Positions 39,590 through 52,226 of a DNA stretch of 64,000 nucleotides are shown here, piece after piece. Position 1 is the first letter of the stretch, and the number at the start of each line of letters is the position of its first letter. The stretch is taken from NCBI GenBank assembly GCA_964016885.1, contig OZ024745.1:33418001-33482000 (forward strand). Reading direction: 5' to 3'. Both the position numbers and the translations under genes were made by a program. Source of the stretch: Eledone cirrhosa (lineage: Eukaryota). Under the pieces are notes generated by a model, which saw nothing but the letters and a program-made list of their open reading frames with translations, ran no database searches and was not told where the DNA came from.

Positions 39590-40530
39590 AGCATAATAGG
39601 CATTCATTTAGCAATGTAATTAATTGCTGGGACAATGAATTCAAGTCTGGCAAAGAAAGTGTGGAAGATGACCAGAGGTCTGTGAGGCTATCAACTGTGA
39701 CCACACCAGAAAACATTGACCTTCTTGGGATTGTGATGGAGGATTGATGACTGTCATCTTGTCAGATAGCAAACATGTTAAGCATTTCCTAGAAGTGAGA
39801 AAGGTGTCTGTACGTTTGGTTCCATAGCTTTTGAGTGAGGAACAGAAGCGCACTTGTCGCAACATGTCCTCCAACAATTTGGAACTTTTTGAAGCTAATC
39901 CAGAATGTAACCATGGATAAGACCGGGGTCCATCACTATTGGCCTGAAACAAAAAAGCAGTCTAAACAGTGGAATCACCCATCCTCATCCACTCTGAAGG
40001 CCAAGATCACACCATCAGCAGGAAAGGTCATGGCTACCATTTTTTGGGAAGCACAAGGAGTGTTATTTCCAAAAGGGTCACATCATCACCAGACAGTTCT
40101 ACACCAACCAGCTTAAACGTTTACATGAGAACATCAAGTAGAAGAGGCCAGGATTGCTGATCCAAGGGGTCTTGTTCCATCATGACATGCTCTTGCCCAC
40201 ACCTTGGTGGTTGCAATGGCAACAATCCATTACCGTAGCTTCCAACTCGTCCCTCATCCACCATACATAGCAGACCTTGCACTCTCCGACTTCCACCCGT
40301 TCCCAAATATGGAAAAAGATGTGGCAAGACAACACTATGCCACAGATGATGACGTGAAAAATACTATAGATACCTACTTAGAGGATCAAACTAAGGAGTT
40401 CTACTTCAGCAGGATCCAGGTACTTCAGCACCGATGAAAGAAGTGCGTGGACTCAAAGGAAGATTATGTTGAAAATTTTGTATATGCTACTGTTTCTTGG
40501 AGGCCCAAATCTTTTCAGTTGCCCCTCGTA
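39590..40530 (+). mobile_element. Decayed mariner transposon
   Basis: TMDKTGVHHYWPETKKQSKQW, SAGKVMATIFW, PHPPYIADLALSDFHPF, KKCVDSKGNYVE; right end ...CCCCTCGTA. Confidence 0.85.
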
Positions 40531-41783
40531 TATTTTCAGTTCAAGTCTCTGTGATTAATGAAATAACTACCAGACATGTACTAGGGGTCACTCAATATAT
40601 CTCTCCTATTGGAACATGTAGTTCTGACATAAATCAATAAATAGGGCTATTTGATCAAGTATTTGTCAAAGAAATGCCTCTGTCTATGTAATCAGTTTTG
40701 GATATATTGGATTGGGTCAGAAGCCCCCAAAAGAGGTGAATGTCAACCACAAGGAGATAATGGGAGGGTTAAGTATTCCATGATGGGGTCGATGGTCTAA
40801 ACAGTTTGGGGATCCCTGGATTAGGTGATGACACTGGAGTAAAATATGGGGAGGGTAGAGTGTGGTTGGTGTTGGTCTCATTATCATAAAGTCAAGGGTT
40901 TGATCCCAGAGTTATGCAGTACTTATTGTCCTTGAACCAGGCAATTCATTTCGTGAGACTCCAATCCATTCAGTTGAAAAAATGAGTAGCAGCAGCAGCA
41001 GAGAGCTAACCATCAAAAGACGAGTTTTATATTCTGTCATTTAACACATAAAATTGGGAAACATTCAGGCCAAATGAGTCTCTAGGTTAGGCCTGTTACT
41101 AGGCTTTGGTGCTCAGGGTTGCTTTATAACGTTCTGGGTGGGCACTCTCATTCACAATAATTCTAAGATGGAGTTTTGGAATAAGCATATCGCCATAAAT
41201 GTTTCTAAATCTAAGGATGCATCATTGGAAAGTGTGTTGCTCCTCCTTGGCGACGGACTTGCTCAAGGTTAAAAAATATAATTTAAACCCTTTCTAATGT
41301 TTTGTTACATTTAATTCGGCCCTTGGTTCGAAGATTCCATAAGTATATACTATTCAGTGGCTAGTAGAAAGATATCAATATCAAGTGGGGTTGGGAAATA
41401 GAATAGAGCAACAGAGAAGTTAAATGGGAGCCGAAAGTGCGACTTCTGTTCGATTATTATTTAAAACAATTTTAATACATTTACACTGCTAATGCCAATA
41501 TAAAAGCAATGGAAATGGAGAGTTGTAACTTTCCATTGCCTCTCGTCCCCTTTACCCCCTAGCACAAAACAGAGTGCTTAGTTGGTCGAGAATTGTAATA
41601 ATACCCTTCAATTGTCAGTTTCAGTTCCTATATTTAAGTATGTCAGAAATCCGGGGAAAACCATAAACGCCACAAAACCTTATTTAGGAAGCGACAATGC
41701 TACTTGCCTATACTAAACAAATAAAATCATATTTTAATACGAAAGATTTAGACATCTTCCTGGCTTTGACAAATTACGTTAAC

Positions 41784-41869
41784 CAAGTACACATGACAAC
41801 GTGAACTGTTTACAAAGTGTCACATGAGATCCGGACAAACCCTACTTATGTCAATTACAATGTCATGTG
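41784..41869. promoter_or_regulatory. Candidate intronic enhancer with three T-CATGTG (M-box type) motifs
   Basis: CACATGA at 41790 and 41821, TCATGTG at 41863, in MFSD12 intron 1. Function is inferred only. Confidence 0.4.
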
Positions 41870-42188
41870 TTAAGGAAATCCTATATTTCCTGGCGTCGAA
41901 GATCATGAAGTCGCCCCCTAATTTTAACTTGTAAAGAAAAGAAAACGGACAAACATATAAACGAAGTCTCAGTATTATCATGGACTTTACCAAGATGTTT
42001 TGTTTGTAGTATAGTATTATAAAAATCCCGTTGATCACACATAAGTCCGCATTCTTTATTTTACTTTTACCGGATAACTTTAATAACGTAATTTAATATT
42101 TATCATTTAATAATATCTCCTTAAAACCAGGGTCGTTTGAAGAGAGTTAAAGTGCCGGCCAACCAAATTGATGTAGGATATAAATACT

Positions 42189-42373
42189 TGTTTCTACTTT
42201 AGGCACAAGGCCAGCAATTACCCAGTGCATTACTGGTACTTTATTTTATCGACCCCGTAAGGATGAAAGGCAAAGTCAACCTCGGCGGGATTTGAACTCA
42301 GATCGTAAAGGGACGTAACTATGCTGGAAAGCATGGCGTCCGACCCTCTACCTATACTGCCAATCCACCGCCC
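42189..42373 (-). mobile_element. SINE family A, full length, complex 5' junction
   Basis: Reverse complement of 14832-15021; 19-bp TSD GATGTAGGATATAAATACT at 42170-42188 and 42468-42486. Confidence 0.92.
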
Positions 42374-43125
42374 TCACATGACATTGTAATTGACATAAGT
42401 AGGGTTTGTCCGGATCTCAAGTGACACTTTGTAAACAGTTCACGTTGTCATGTGTACTTGGGCGGTGGATGTAGGATATAAATACTACGACTCGTTTACA
42501 ATAAGTGAATGGGTTTTTTCGATTACGTATATATTCATTTTTTTAATGATATTTTGTTTATTCATTTACTATCTTAACTAACTGTGATTTATACATTTCT
42601 TTCAGAGGTCATACACTCGAGTTCAAATTATTGTGTAGTCTAGATAACTTCTCCGGTGAAAAATATAACTTTCGCCCTTTAGGAAGCTGCCGTAAAAATA
42701 AAACTACGTATTCGACACCGGTAAATATAGCAGATGGAAATACAATACAAGGCTACTAACTAACACCACCAAACCCTTGCCGGTAACCCCTATATTTTAC
42801 AGTAACTAACTAACCCTATGAGGCTACTGTGTTGAAGGAAGCCTGTCCGAGAGACCGATCCTGCTCTTTTTATTGGAAGCATTAGAGCTAGGTCTCTGGT
42901 TTGAGAGTAACTTCTTAGTTACAAATGCTCGGAAAAAGTTTATCAACGTGCCCTTTTCCTCTTGATTAAGCCAATAAATATAACTAACAACCGGTATAAA
43001 CCCTGTACATGTTGCTTAGCAGAAGACAGTCCTCCAAGGTAATTATTGTACCCAGTGTGCGAATAACAACCAGTTGACAGACAGGGGAATGTAGTAAGAA
43101 GCCCTGTATACAATATATTATTACT

Positions 43126-43310
43126 GGATTGGCAGCGTCGGTAGAGGGTCTAATGCCATACTTTGACGTATAGAGTTACGGCCCTTGCCATTCTGAGTTC
43201 AAATCCCGCCGAGGTTAACTTTGCCTTTCATCCTTACGGGGTCGATAAAATAAGTACCAGTAATGTACTGTTTAATTGCTGGCCTTGTGCCAAAAGTAGA
43301 AACAATTATT
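43126..43310 (+). mobile_element. SINE family A
   Basis: GGATTGGCAGCGTCGG...GAGTTCAAATCCCGCC...AAAAGTAGAAACAATTATT. Confidence 0.88.
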
Positions 43311-45195
43311 ACACTTTAACTATTCTTAACATAAACACATTTCAAAAGTTGAGTCAATAGGCAAGAACATTCAAAATATAATCTAAAAAAATGTTTTTAA
43401 TGTAATATGTAGGCATGTTTAGCAACGTAAACAAATTCCTCCATCGGAGAAATGACAATAGAAGACTAGAAAGTGCCCTGAATTGAATGAGTTCGAAGAA
43501 TTCAGCATTTTAAAAAAAGTATGTAAAATAATTTATTTAATAAAGCTAAATGACTGCAGAGGATAAATTAATTGATTCTTCCATTTAAAGGAGTTTTAGT
43601 TGATTGTCAGAACAATTAGCGATTCCCATGTGGTTCGTACAGGTGTGTCTACGAGCTTGTTGGGTGGGAAAATTGATTTAAATGAACGAGGGCTTTGATT
43701 GTGAATAGGTTGGAAACCACTAGAATATATGTTCATTTTCTTCTAATTTACACACACAGATTGACTGATTCATTCATTTCTTCGTTATGTACCAATTAGT
43801 TAACAGAATAAACCGAAAGGGTGTCTATATAATATACAGGATTAAACAGAAGTACATACATGTAATCAATTAATTGTAGCTAGGAATCTTATAAATATAA
43901 TACACAAAAATATATAATCGAAACGAGGGAAGAAAAAACACCCCAAACCATCAATTTAACAAAGTACATCAATCAGTCACACATCACAAGGGTTATCCAA
44001 AATTACTATCTATTTTACCGAGAACTAAACTTCGAACCTAGCTGAACAATTGTCTCAGTTAGTTCACACATATATTGTACCAAGTCGACTCAGCCAGTGT
44101 GTGGACAATGAGCGAAATTTACACTTAAGGCTTTTAATTAATATGTTGATTACGACTGCATTATAAATCATGAAACAATTGTCCATCCAGATATCAAACG
44201 ATAATTTATTATTTTAGCACCTTCCTACTGAGACTACATCTTAGCGGTACATTATTCATCATGTGAAATTTTCATTTCACCGCTTCAAGATTATATCAAT
44301 ATTTCTTCTTTTGTAATTCGATTTACATCTAGGATTGATTATAGCAATATTAAAATCGATCCCAGTACTTGACTAGTAGTTTATTTCAACGGCCCCCTAG
44401 AGGATGAAAAAGTTCACATCGGCGGGATTTGAACTCAGAACGCAACTAACTATCGTATTGTCTGATATTCTTATTCAGAGATAGAAAGACAAATGCAGGA
44501 AGGAATACACTCTGCAACAGACTATAAAGAAAAAATAATGAAGAAACTCTCCCACAAACACACAAAAGAAAGAAAAAGATCGAAACCCGTTACCTACACA
44601 AACCACTAAACAATGTTACATTAAAAGGAAAGATCTACTCGTTGATTGTTTTAATACGGAATTTAAGTGGGAATTTTAAGATAGATTGATAGATCTAAAT
44701 AAGGAGTAGTGTCAAACAGCTGGGTTCAAAAGAAAACAATGTAGATTGACAGCATTTCGTTAAATCTGTTTACACTCTGAGTTCAAATCTTTATAAATTA
44801 CTAGTCAGTTATTGGAGCCGATATAATCGACTATATCATTGCCAAACAGTAAGTGCTTTGATTAAATTAGTAATCGATTTACTTTCCTGACATTCATGAT
44901 ATATCTCAATAAATAGATTTATTGACATATATCATCGTCGAGTAGCTACACACATATTACGAAAGTAACTGCAATACCTCTTCCTTAAAATATAAATTTA
45001 TACGACTGGCACTCAGCTAGATCCTATCAAATGTCACATAACTTTATCCCTGTCAAAACATTTCGATGTCACGTCTTGTGACAAATATGAGAACATTTAA
45101 AATCAGAACGGTTCGTTTTGTTAACGAAAAAATTTTATGATAGTTCAAGAACTTATAAAAGAGAAATATTATATAACTTATACTTCAACATCAAA

Positions 45196-45229
<34 letters not shown>

Positions 45230-45321
45230 TTTAACATGTGCATAGTTATTCACAAATGTACACGGATAAAAACCCGTTGTGTGTTAGATGTTGGAGTTAT
45301 TAATAAGTAAAACTGCCTTAC

Positions 45322-45341
45322 GTATCCTTTTCTGTGGCCAT
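45322..45341 (-). CDS. MFSD12: Probable first coding exon of the MFSD12-like gene (20 coding nt, MATEKD+AC)
   Basis: AAGATGGCC start context, donor AC|GTAAG. Phase 2 matches the exon 2 acceptor and gives MATEKDTSSITTL. Lies in a CpG-richer unique region. Confidence 0.62.
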
Positions 45342-45520
45342 CTTCGAGAAAGTTGTGGTCGTGTGTTAGGTAGAGAGATACATCCAACTTGTTGAAATAG
45401 TTTCGGGCACCGCACTATATAACATGAATTGACCAACGTCACAGACGTCTTGAGTTTTTAAACAGCAGCGATGGTGATAACAACAACAATATCACCACGT
45501 GATAATGTTCTTGGTTCCGA
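45342..45520 (-). promoter_or_regulatory. Putative 5' UTR/promoter with CLEAR-like E-box
   Basis: TCACGTGG on the minus strand (45495-45502), about 155 bp upstream of the ATG; local CpG enrichment. Confidence 0.4.
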
Positions 45521-45806
45521 GTGAATATGTGAAATGTTTAGCAATTAAAATATTAATTAAATTTTGCACATGCTGCAATGTTTATAATTATTTTAAATAT
45601 CAGCCGTGGTAATTTTGAAAGTAAATAATTTTTTTTTGTGATTATCAATTATCATAATACCATTTTTTAAATTCATACATATAGAGACAGAGGCGGACTG
45701 ATATTGGATTAGAATTTATAATCTCCTTTATTCAAGTCAATCTAAATAATTATACACTTTTTTCATGGACTTTTCCGACGGAATTACTTCATTCATGTAT
45801 ATATAT

Positions 45807-45888
<82 letters not shown>

Positions 45889-46014
45889 GTTTGTGAATAA
45901 GTGTTCGCACTGTATATGTGTGTGTTTATGTGTAAATATTAAATGTTGACATCAGGCAGGTGTCACGAGATTGAGATCAAATTTCCTTTTCAATTTTCTA
46001 AAGATTTTCTTATA

Positions 46015-46879
46015 CAGGGTACGGACGATATTTGTTAGGAAAAGATAACACAGTAGTTTTATTTTTTAAGATTTATTTATCAGACTTGGGTCAGTTTGTC
46101 TTCATGATTTGTTCTTTCGATCTCACTCGATAAACCTGCCATTGGCTTTGATGACGGCCTCGGAACCGGCTACAGGCCTTCGTCACTGTCCCCCGACTTA
46201 AGCCTCTAAAGGCACTTGTGATCCTGGCCTTCAGATCGTCTTTCGTATTGCAGCTAGATCTGTTGGTGTTTCGTTCCACTGCGCCCCACACAAAGAAGTT
46301 GAGGGGGTTGCAGTCAAGCGAACTGGGAGGCCAGATGTCAGGTGAAGTGTGGTCGACGAAGTTCTCTGACAGCCAGCCTTGGGTCTTTCGGCTGGTATGG
46401 CAGGGCGTTGAGTCTTGCTGCCACACGTATGGCCTACCTGCAGCTACCTGGTCGATCCAGGGCTTTACTACCTCGCTCAGAACGCGGATGTAGCCATCGG
46501 TGTTCAGCTTGAGGCCCTCAGGGAAGAAGTGAGGTGGCATGACGTCACCTTGACTGCTGACGACACCTAAGACCAATGTTGTCGCTGGAAACTTTGTCTG
46601 CATGACCCTGGGCACGTCTTTGGATGAGACAGCGAGCCACCTGTTGTTCTGGGAGTTGATCTTCTTTCCTTATTTGTCCTCCCGGCGCGGATTCCAAGAA
46701 GAACTCCGTGTCTCTCCCACAAATTTGGAGGTTCAAAATTATTCATAATCAATTATTCTGAAAATAAATAATGGAAATATAGTCACTGTTTTTATGAAGA
46801 CAAGAGTGACAACGAAATAAAAAAAAATTTGCATAAAATTAGCAGTTGAAAATAGCGAACAAATATCGTCCACACACTG
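46015..46879 (-). mobile_element. Internally deleted DD37D (maT-type) element, second copy
   Basis: TIRs CAGGGTACGGACGATATTTG / CAAATATCGTCCACACACTG, TA flanks; ORF 46091-46615 nearly identical to 27900-28316. Confidence 0.9.
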
Positions 46880-47430
46880 TATTTGTTGCCAGCTTGTACA
46901 TTCTTATTAATGTGTACAGACTTGTTCGTCTTCATGCTTTCTAGGATTCGGTTGAGTAAATGCTTAATAACAAATAAATACCTAATTGACATAAACACGC
47001 ACACACACAAAGAGTAGCGAGAGTAGCATTTGCTACGGGCCTCGTATTTTCAGGGCTCTGCGCTATTGGATACTACAGTACTATACCTCAAACCCTAGCC
47101 AGGTTTTCTGCCTTTTATGCCATTCGAATATATGTTAAAACATGGGGATGCCAAAACAAATATTGTTTAGTAAAATATATATATTATTCCAAACAAAGAC
47201 ACATTATACAATGAAATGTCAAAAAAATAGTTTTCCTGGTTCCTTTAACCACTCTTTTGCAAAGTCTTCAAATTTAATTTTTTCACATTCATCTTTTTCG
47301 AAAAAGATGAATGTCAAATTGCATTCTCTGTAAGGTGACTTCTTCTTTGTGGTGAGTCTATGTGAGCCATAGCAGAAAACAGGCATTCAACTGTTGACGA
47401 ACTATAGCCACATGTTAATACAATTCTGTA

Positions 47431-47951
47431 TCTGAGTTCAAATCCCGCCGAGGTTGACTTTGCCTTTCATCCTTACGGGGTCGATAAAATAAAGTACCAG
47501 TAATGCACTGGGTAATTGCTGGCCTTGTGCCAAAAGTAGAAACAATTATTATTGGTGGATTGGCAGTATCGGTAGAGGGTCGGACGTCATGCTTTGACGC
47601 ATAGAGTTAAGGTCCTTACCATTCTGAGTTCAAATCCCGCCGAGGTTAACTTTGACTATCATCCTTACCGGGTCGATAAAATAAAGTACCAGTAATGCAC
47701 TGGGTAATTACTAGCCTTGTGCCTAAAATAGAAACAATTATTATTACGGGTTATATAGGGCGGTGGATTGGCAGTATCAGTAGAGGGTCGGACGCCATGC
47801 TTTCCAACATAGTTACGTCCCTTTACGATCTGAGTTCAAATCCCGCCGAGGTTGACTTTGCCTTTCATCCTTACGGGGTCGATAAAATAAAGTACCAGTA
47901 ATGCACTGGGTAATTGCTGGTCTTGTGCCAAAAGTAGAAACAATTATTATT
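47431..47951 (+). mobile_element. Three head-to-tail SINE family A copies
   Basis: Partial 47431-47553, 47554-47745 and full 47759-47951. Confidence 0.9.
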
Positions 47952-48476
47952 GCAGAGGCCGTTGATTGATATTTTGTATGTAATAATTTATATATATCTT
48001 GAATATCTATTGTTTCAGTATTATATCGTTTACCAAAATAATTTTTTACAAGACTTATATGGACACTACATTGAGCGTTTAGTAAATCGATATCAATATT
48101 ATTATCTTCAATAATTTTTTTCATGATTGGAATGGTTTTTGCACAATCCAGTAACGGTTCCAGAATTAAAATATATAATGTAAAAACATACCTTTAAACT
48201 TTCACGAAATTTTAGTTTCACTTTTACAATACAATTTTAGAAAAAGAATGCAGGTATTTAATAATAGGTAATTATATAAAATATGTCCTGTATACATGCG
48301 ATACCTCATGCAAATATTTAAACAAATAGAAAGATATTATAAGATGTGTATGTATATTTTCTCTCCTCATATTCGTATATGTATATTGTATATATGCTTT
48401 GTCCAAAATACAAGTCAAACCGTATAATATTGTGATATTGTCTTATATAGGCTTATTCTGTGTCATTAATGTTTTA

Positions 48477-48775
48477 ATCCCGCCGAGGTTAACTTTGCCT
48501 TTCATCCTTACGGGGTTGATAAAATAAAGTACCAGTAATGTACTGTGTAATTGCGGGCCTTGTGCCAATAGTAGAAACAATTAATGTTTTAGCGGATTGG
48601 CAGTATCGGTAGAGGGTCGGACGCCATGCTTTCCAGCATAGTTATGTCCCTTTACGATCTGAGTTCAAATGCCGCCGAGGTTGACTTTGCCTTTCATCCT
48701 TACGGGGTCGATAAAATAAAGTACCAGTAATGCACTGGGTAATTGCTAGCCTTGTGCCTAAAGTAGAAACAATTA
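48477..48775 (+). mobile_element. Two head-to-tail SINE family A copies
   Basis: Partial 48477-48584 and 48592-48775; TTAATGTTTTA occurs before, between and after them. Confidence 0.88.
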
Positions 48776-49295
48776 ATGTTTTATTTTGCCTTTACCTGTT
48801 GTGTTAATTTAAAAAAATAAAATCTTGTTTGAGATGGGGATGCCAAAACTAAATTTGCTTTTGATAGGGGATGCCGGGCATCCCCTGGCATCCCCTTGGC
48901 TACGGGCCTGCTATACCTTTATGTCAATTCTTTAAAAAATTTTTTGTTGTAAATGTATAGGTCCTTTTGATTGTATATACTACTGGTCCTGCACTAAACT
49001 AATCTGGTACTGACACACAAAACCTATATTACATAACACACTCACACATGTTCTGTAATATAAACATTTAAAGATGTGTGTATATGTGTGCTGGGTTTTC
49101 TGACAAGAAGAGCGGGAGAAAAGAAAGTTTTTTTTTTTGAGGGGGGGGGGGGGGGGATCTCGACTGGCGTCATGCTCGGTTCAGTTGATATTTGCTTTTT
49201 CCAGGGACAAAAAAATTAAAAAATCGTATCAATAGAGCTTTATTTTCAATACACAAAATAGAATCATTTAGCGAGGTCATACACTAATCTATATT

Positions 49296-49328
<33 letters not shown>

Positions 49329-49462
49329 ACGAAGGAATTGTGGTAAGGAACCAGATAGACCATAACGCACCAAAGTACTCAATACTTAGGGTAGTAGAGT
49401 GGATAATAGGAACAAGTATGACCCCGACGGCAGAGCTCAAGCCGTTTCGACGGCTAATTCTG

Positions 49463-49683
49463 GACCTCTACCGATACTGCCAATCCACCGTTCTGTAATA
49501 ATTGTTTCTACATTAGGCACAAGGCCAGAAATTACTCAGTGCATTACTGGTACTTTATTTTATCAACCCCGTAAGGATGAAAGGCAAAGTTAACCCTGAC
49601 GGGATTTGAACTCAGTCTGTAAAGGGACGTAACTATTCTGGAAAGCATGGCGTCGGACCCTCTACCGATACTGCCAATCCACC
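49463..49683 (-). mobile_element. SINE family A plus an extra 5' fragment
   Basis: Full reverse copy 49498-49683; CCTCTACCGATACTGCCAATCCACCG repeated at 49465-49490. Confidence 0.85.
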
Positions 49684-49789
49684 TAATAATCAACTTTCTG
49701 TTTATGTTGGAGAATTTTTCCATCATCAGTTTACATGCACCTAGTGTATGTATGTGTGTATGTGTTTGTGTGTGTCTTTCATTAGCGAT

Positions 49790-51065
49790 ATATATGATAG
49801 ACAATGTATGTGTGTGTGTGTGTGCCTTGTATCTCTGTTGCATATGATAGACAATGTATGTGTGTGTGTGTGCCTTGTATCTCTGTTGCATATGATAGAC
49901 AATGTATGTGTGTGTGTGTGTGGCTTGTATCTCTGTTGCATATGATAGACAATGTATGTGTGTGTGTGTGTGGCTTGTATCTGTTGTATATGATAGACAA
50001 TGTATGTGTGTGTGTGTGTGGCTTGTATCTCTGTTGCATATGATAGACAATGTATGTGTGTGTGTGTGTGTGCCTTGTATCTCTGTTGCATATGATAGAC
50101 AATGTATGTGTGTGTGTGTGTGGCTTGTATCTCTGTTGTATATGATAGACAATGTATGTGTGTGTGTGGCTTGTATCTCTGTTGCATATGATAGACAATG
50201 TATGTGTGTGTGTATGTGTGCCTTGTATCTCTGTTGTATATGATAGACATTGTATGTGTGTGTGTGTGTGTGGCTTGTATCTCTGTTGCATATGATAGAC
50301 AATGTGTGTGTGTGTGTGTGCCTTGTATCTCTGTTGCATATGATAGACAATGTATGTGTGTGTGTGTGTGGCTTGTATCTCTGTTGTATATGACAGACAA
50401 TGTATGTGTGTGTGTGTGTGGCTTGTATCTCTGTTGCATATGATAGACAATGTATGTGTGTGTGTGTGTGTGCCTTGTATCTCTGTTGTATATGATAGAC
50501 ATTGTATGTGTGTGTGTGTGTGCCTTGTATCTCTGTTGCATATGATAGACAATGTATGTGTGTGTGTATGTGGCTTGTATCTCTGTTGTATATGACAGAC
50601 AATGTATGTGTGTGTGTGTGTGGCTTGTATCTCTGTTGCATATGATAGACAATGTGTTCAGGGTCGACTTAACAGCATTATAGGCCTCTGGGCAAAGCAG
50701 AGCACTGGGGCCCCTACCTACACAACCACTCACAGGAATAAAAATACAAATAGGCCCCCTATCCTCGTGGGGCCCCCGGGCAACTGCCCAGCATGCGCAT
50801 GCGTTAAGACAGCCCTGATGTGTGTATGTATATATGTGTGTGTCTTGCATCTGTGTTGTATATGATAGACAATGTTTGTATGAGCGTATGTATGTGTGTA
50901 TGTCATACATCAATACTGTATATGATAGGCAAAATGTGTATGTGTATATGTGTGTGTGTTTTGCATCAGTGCTGTATATGGTAGACAATGTGTATGTGTG
51001 TGTCAGAGAGAGTGAGAGTTGCATCTGTGCTGTACATATTAGACAATGTGCATGTTGCATCTGTT
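49790..51065. repeat. About 50-bp compound minisatellite with a variable (TG)n core
   Basis: Unit ATATGATAGACAATGTA(TG)nG/CCTTGTATCTCTGTTGY; homogeneous to 50658, diverged after 50817. Confidence 0.92.
50659..50817. mobile_element. 159-bp MITE with hAT-like CAGGG termini
   Basis: Imperfect TIRs CAGGGTCGACTTAAC / GTTAAGACAGCCCTG; GC-rich GGGCCCC interior; TSD imperfect. Confidence 0.65.
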
Positions 51066-51759
51066 TTATTTAATATTGGGCAGTATGTGTGTGTCTGTGT
51101 GTATGTATGTGTGAATGTGAGTCATGTGTGTAAGCCACACATGATACATATTGTAATACGATCCAAACAATCACAGCTTAAGATTAACGAGAAATGAGTG
51201 ATACAATAATGTATTCTCTTATAAGATATTTAATGATTTTTCTGTGACATCTGTGATAAAAGTTAAAGTAAAACAAAAGGAGAAGCTGACCATGTGTTTG
51301 GAGTGTAAATATATTGATTAATAACAGTCATATGAAGGACATAACAACCTCTCCTATGCTGGTGCCAAAAAAAATGCACCCTGTATGCTCTATAAAGTGG
51401 TTGGTGTTAGAATAGGTGTCCAACAGAAGCTTAACTAGGGCATGGCACATGCCATGGGGGCCATATGAACTAGGAACACATTCTATTAAAGTCAAATAAG
51501 CCTCGCCGGAGAGTGAAAAAAGAAACCTCTTCAGATATATGATCTGTCTAAGATTATCATGGGTGAGAACACTATGGTGGCTGGATCATTAAACCATTTA
51601 TATAGATTATTAGGTAAAAATAAAGTGCTGGGCAGGATTGCAATTTCACTGTTTGCCATATGCACTATTTTGCCTAGTTATGCCTCTGGTGTCCAGACAT
51701 AGAAAATATGCCAAACAAAAGTTTGAGAGGTCTCTTCATGATGGCCTCCATAGTTCTAG

Positions 51760-52126
51760 TGCCATGATAAAATACATCCAGCAAATTCTGCAATGTGGTT
51801 GGTGTTAGGAAGGACATCCAGTTATCCAAATTATGTTAAACAAAGAATTGAGAGGACTCTTTAGTTGAGTGGAAGACATGACAACCATCCTATGCTGGTT
51901 GGTGCCATGAAAAAATGTACCTAGTACGTTATGCAAAATGGTTGGTAATAGGAAGAGCATCCAGTTGTAGAAACCATGCCAATACTCGAGCATAAGTGAG
52001 TGAGATGTGGGCCTCTGGCTCATCGATGAGAGGACAGTATAACTCTGATTAAGCATCGACTTGGTCCATGATGATAATGATGATGAACTTTATGATGATA
52101 ATGGTAATAATGATGATGATGATGAT
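51760..52126 (+). mobile_element. Degenerate RTE 3' UTR-related fragments with (GAT)n tail
   Basis: GTGGTTGGTGTTAGGAAGGACATCCAG-like motif twice (also at about 51398), followed by GAT repeats. Confidence 0.65.
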
Positions 52127-52226
52127 ATGTCACCTGCAAATTACATCTAAAAACAAATAGAAGAACTTACATCTTAACAGTAGAGCAGAGGCCTGTATTT
52201 ATCTTATAGCATCTTTTCTCAGCTGG

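Noticed and set aside
48867-48910. GGGGATGCC-G-GGCATCCCC palindrome and GGCTACGGGCCTG
   Set aside because: Probably one end of a hAT-like MITE, but no matching opposite TIR or TSD could be fixed.
49440-49455. AGCCGT-TTCG-ACGGCT hairpin as part of another hammerhead
   Set aside because: CGAAAC is present on the minus strand but there is no upstream CTGANGA core; the segment is cut by a SINE fragment.
49544-51197. His/Thr-rich and Cys/Val-rich ORFs
   Set aside because: Artefacts of (CA)n/(TG)n repeats, open in many frames.
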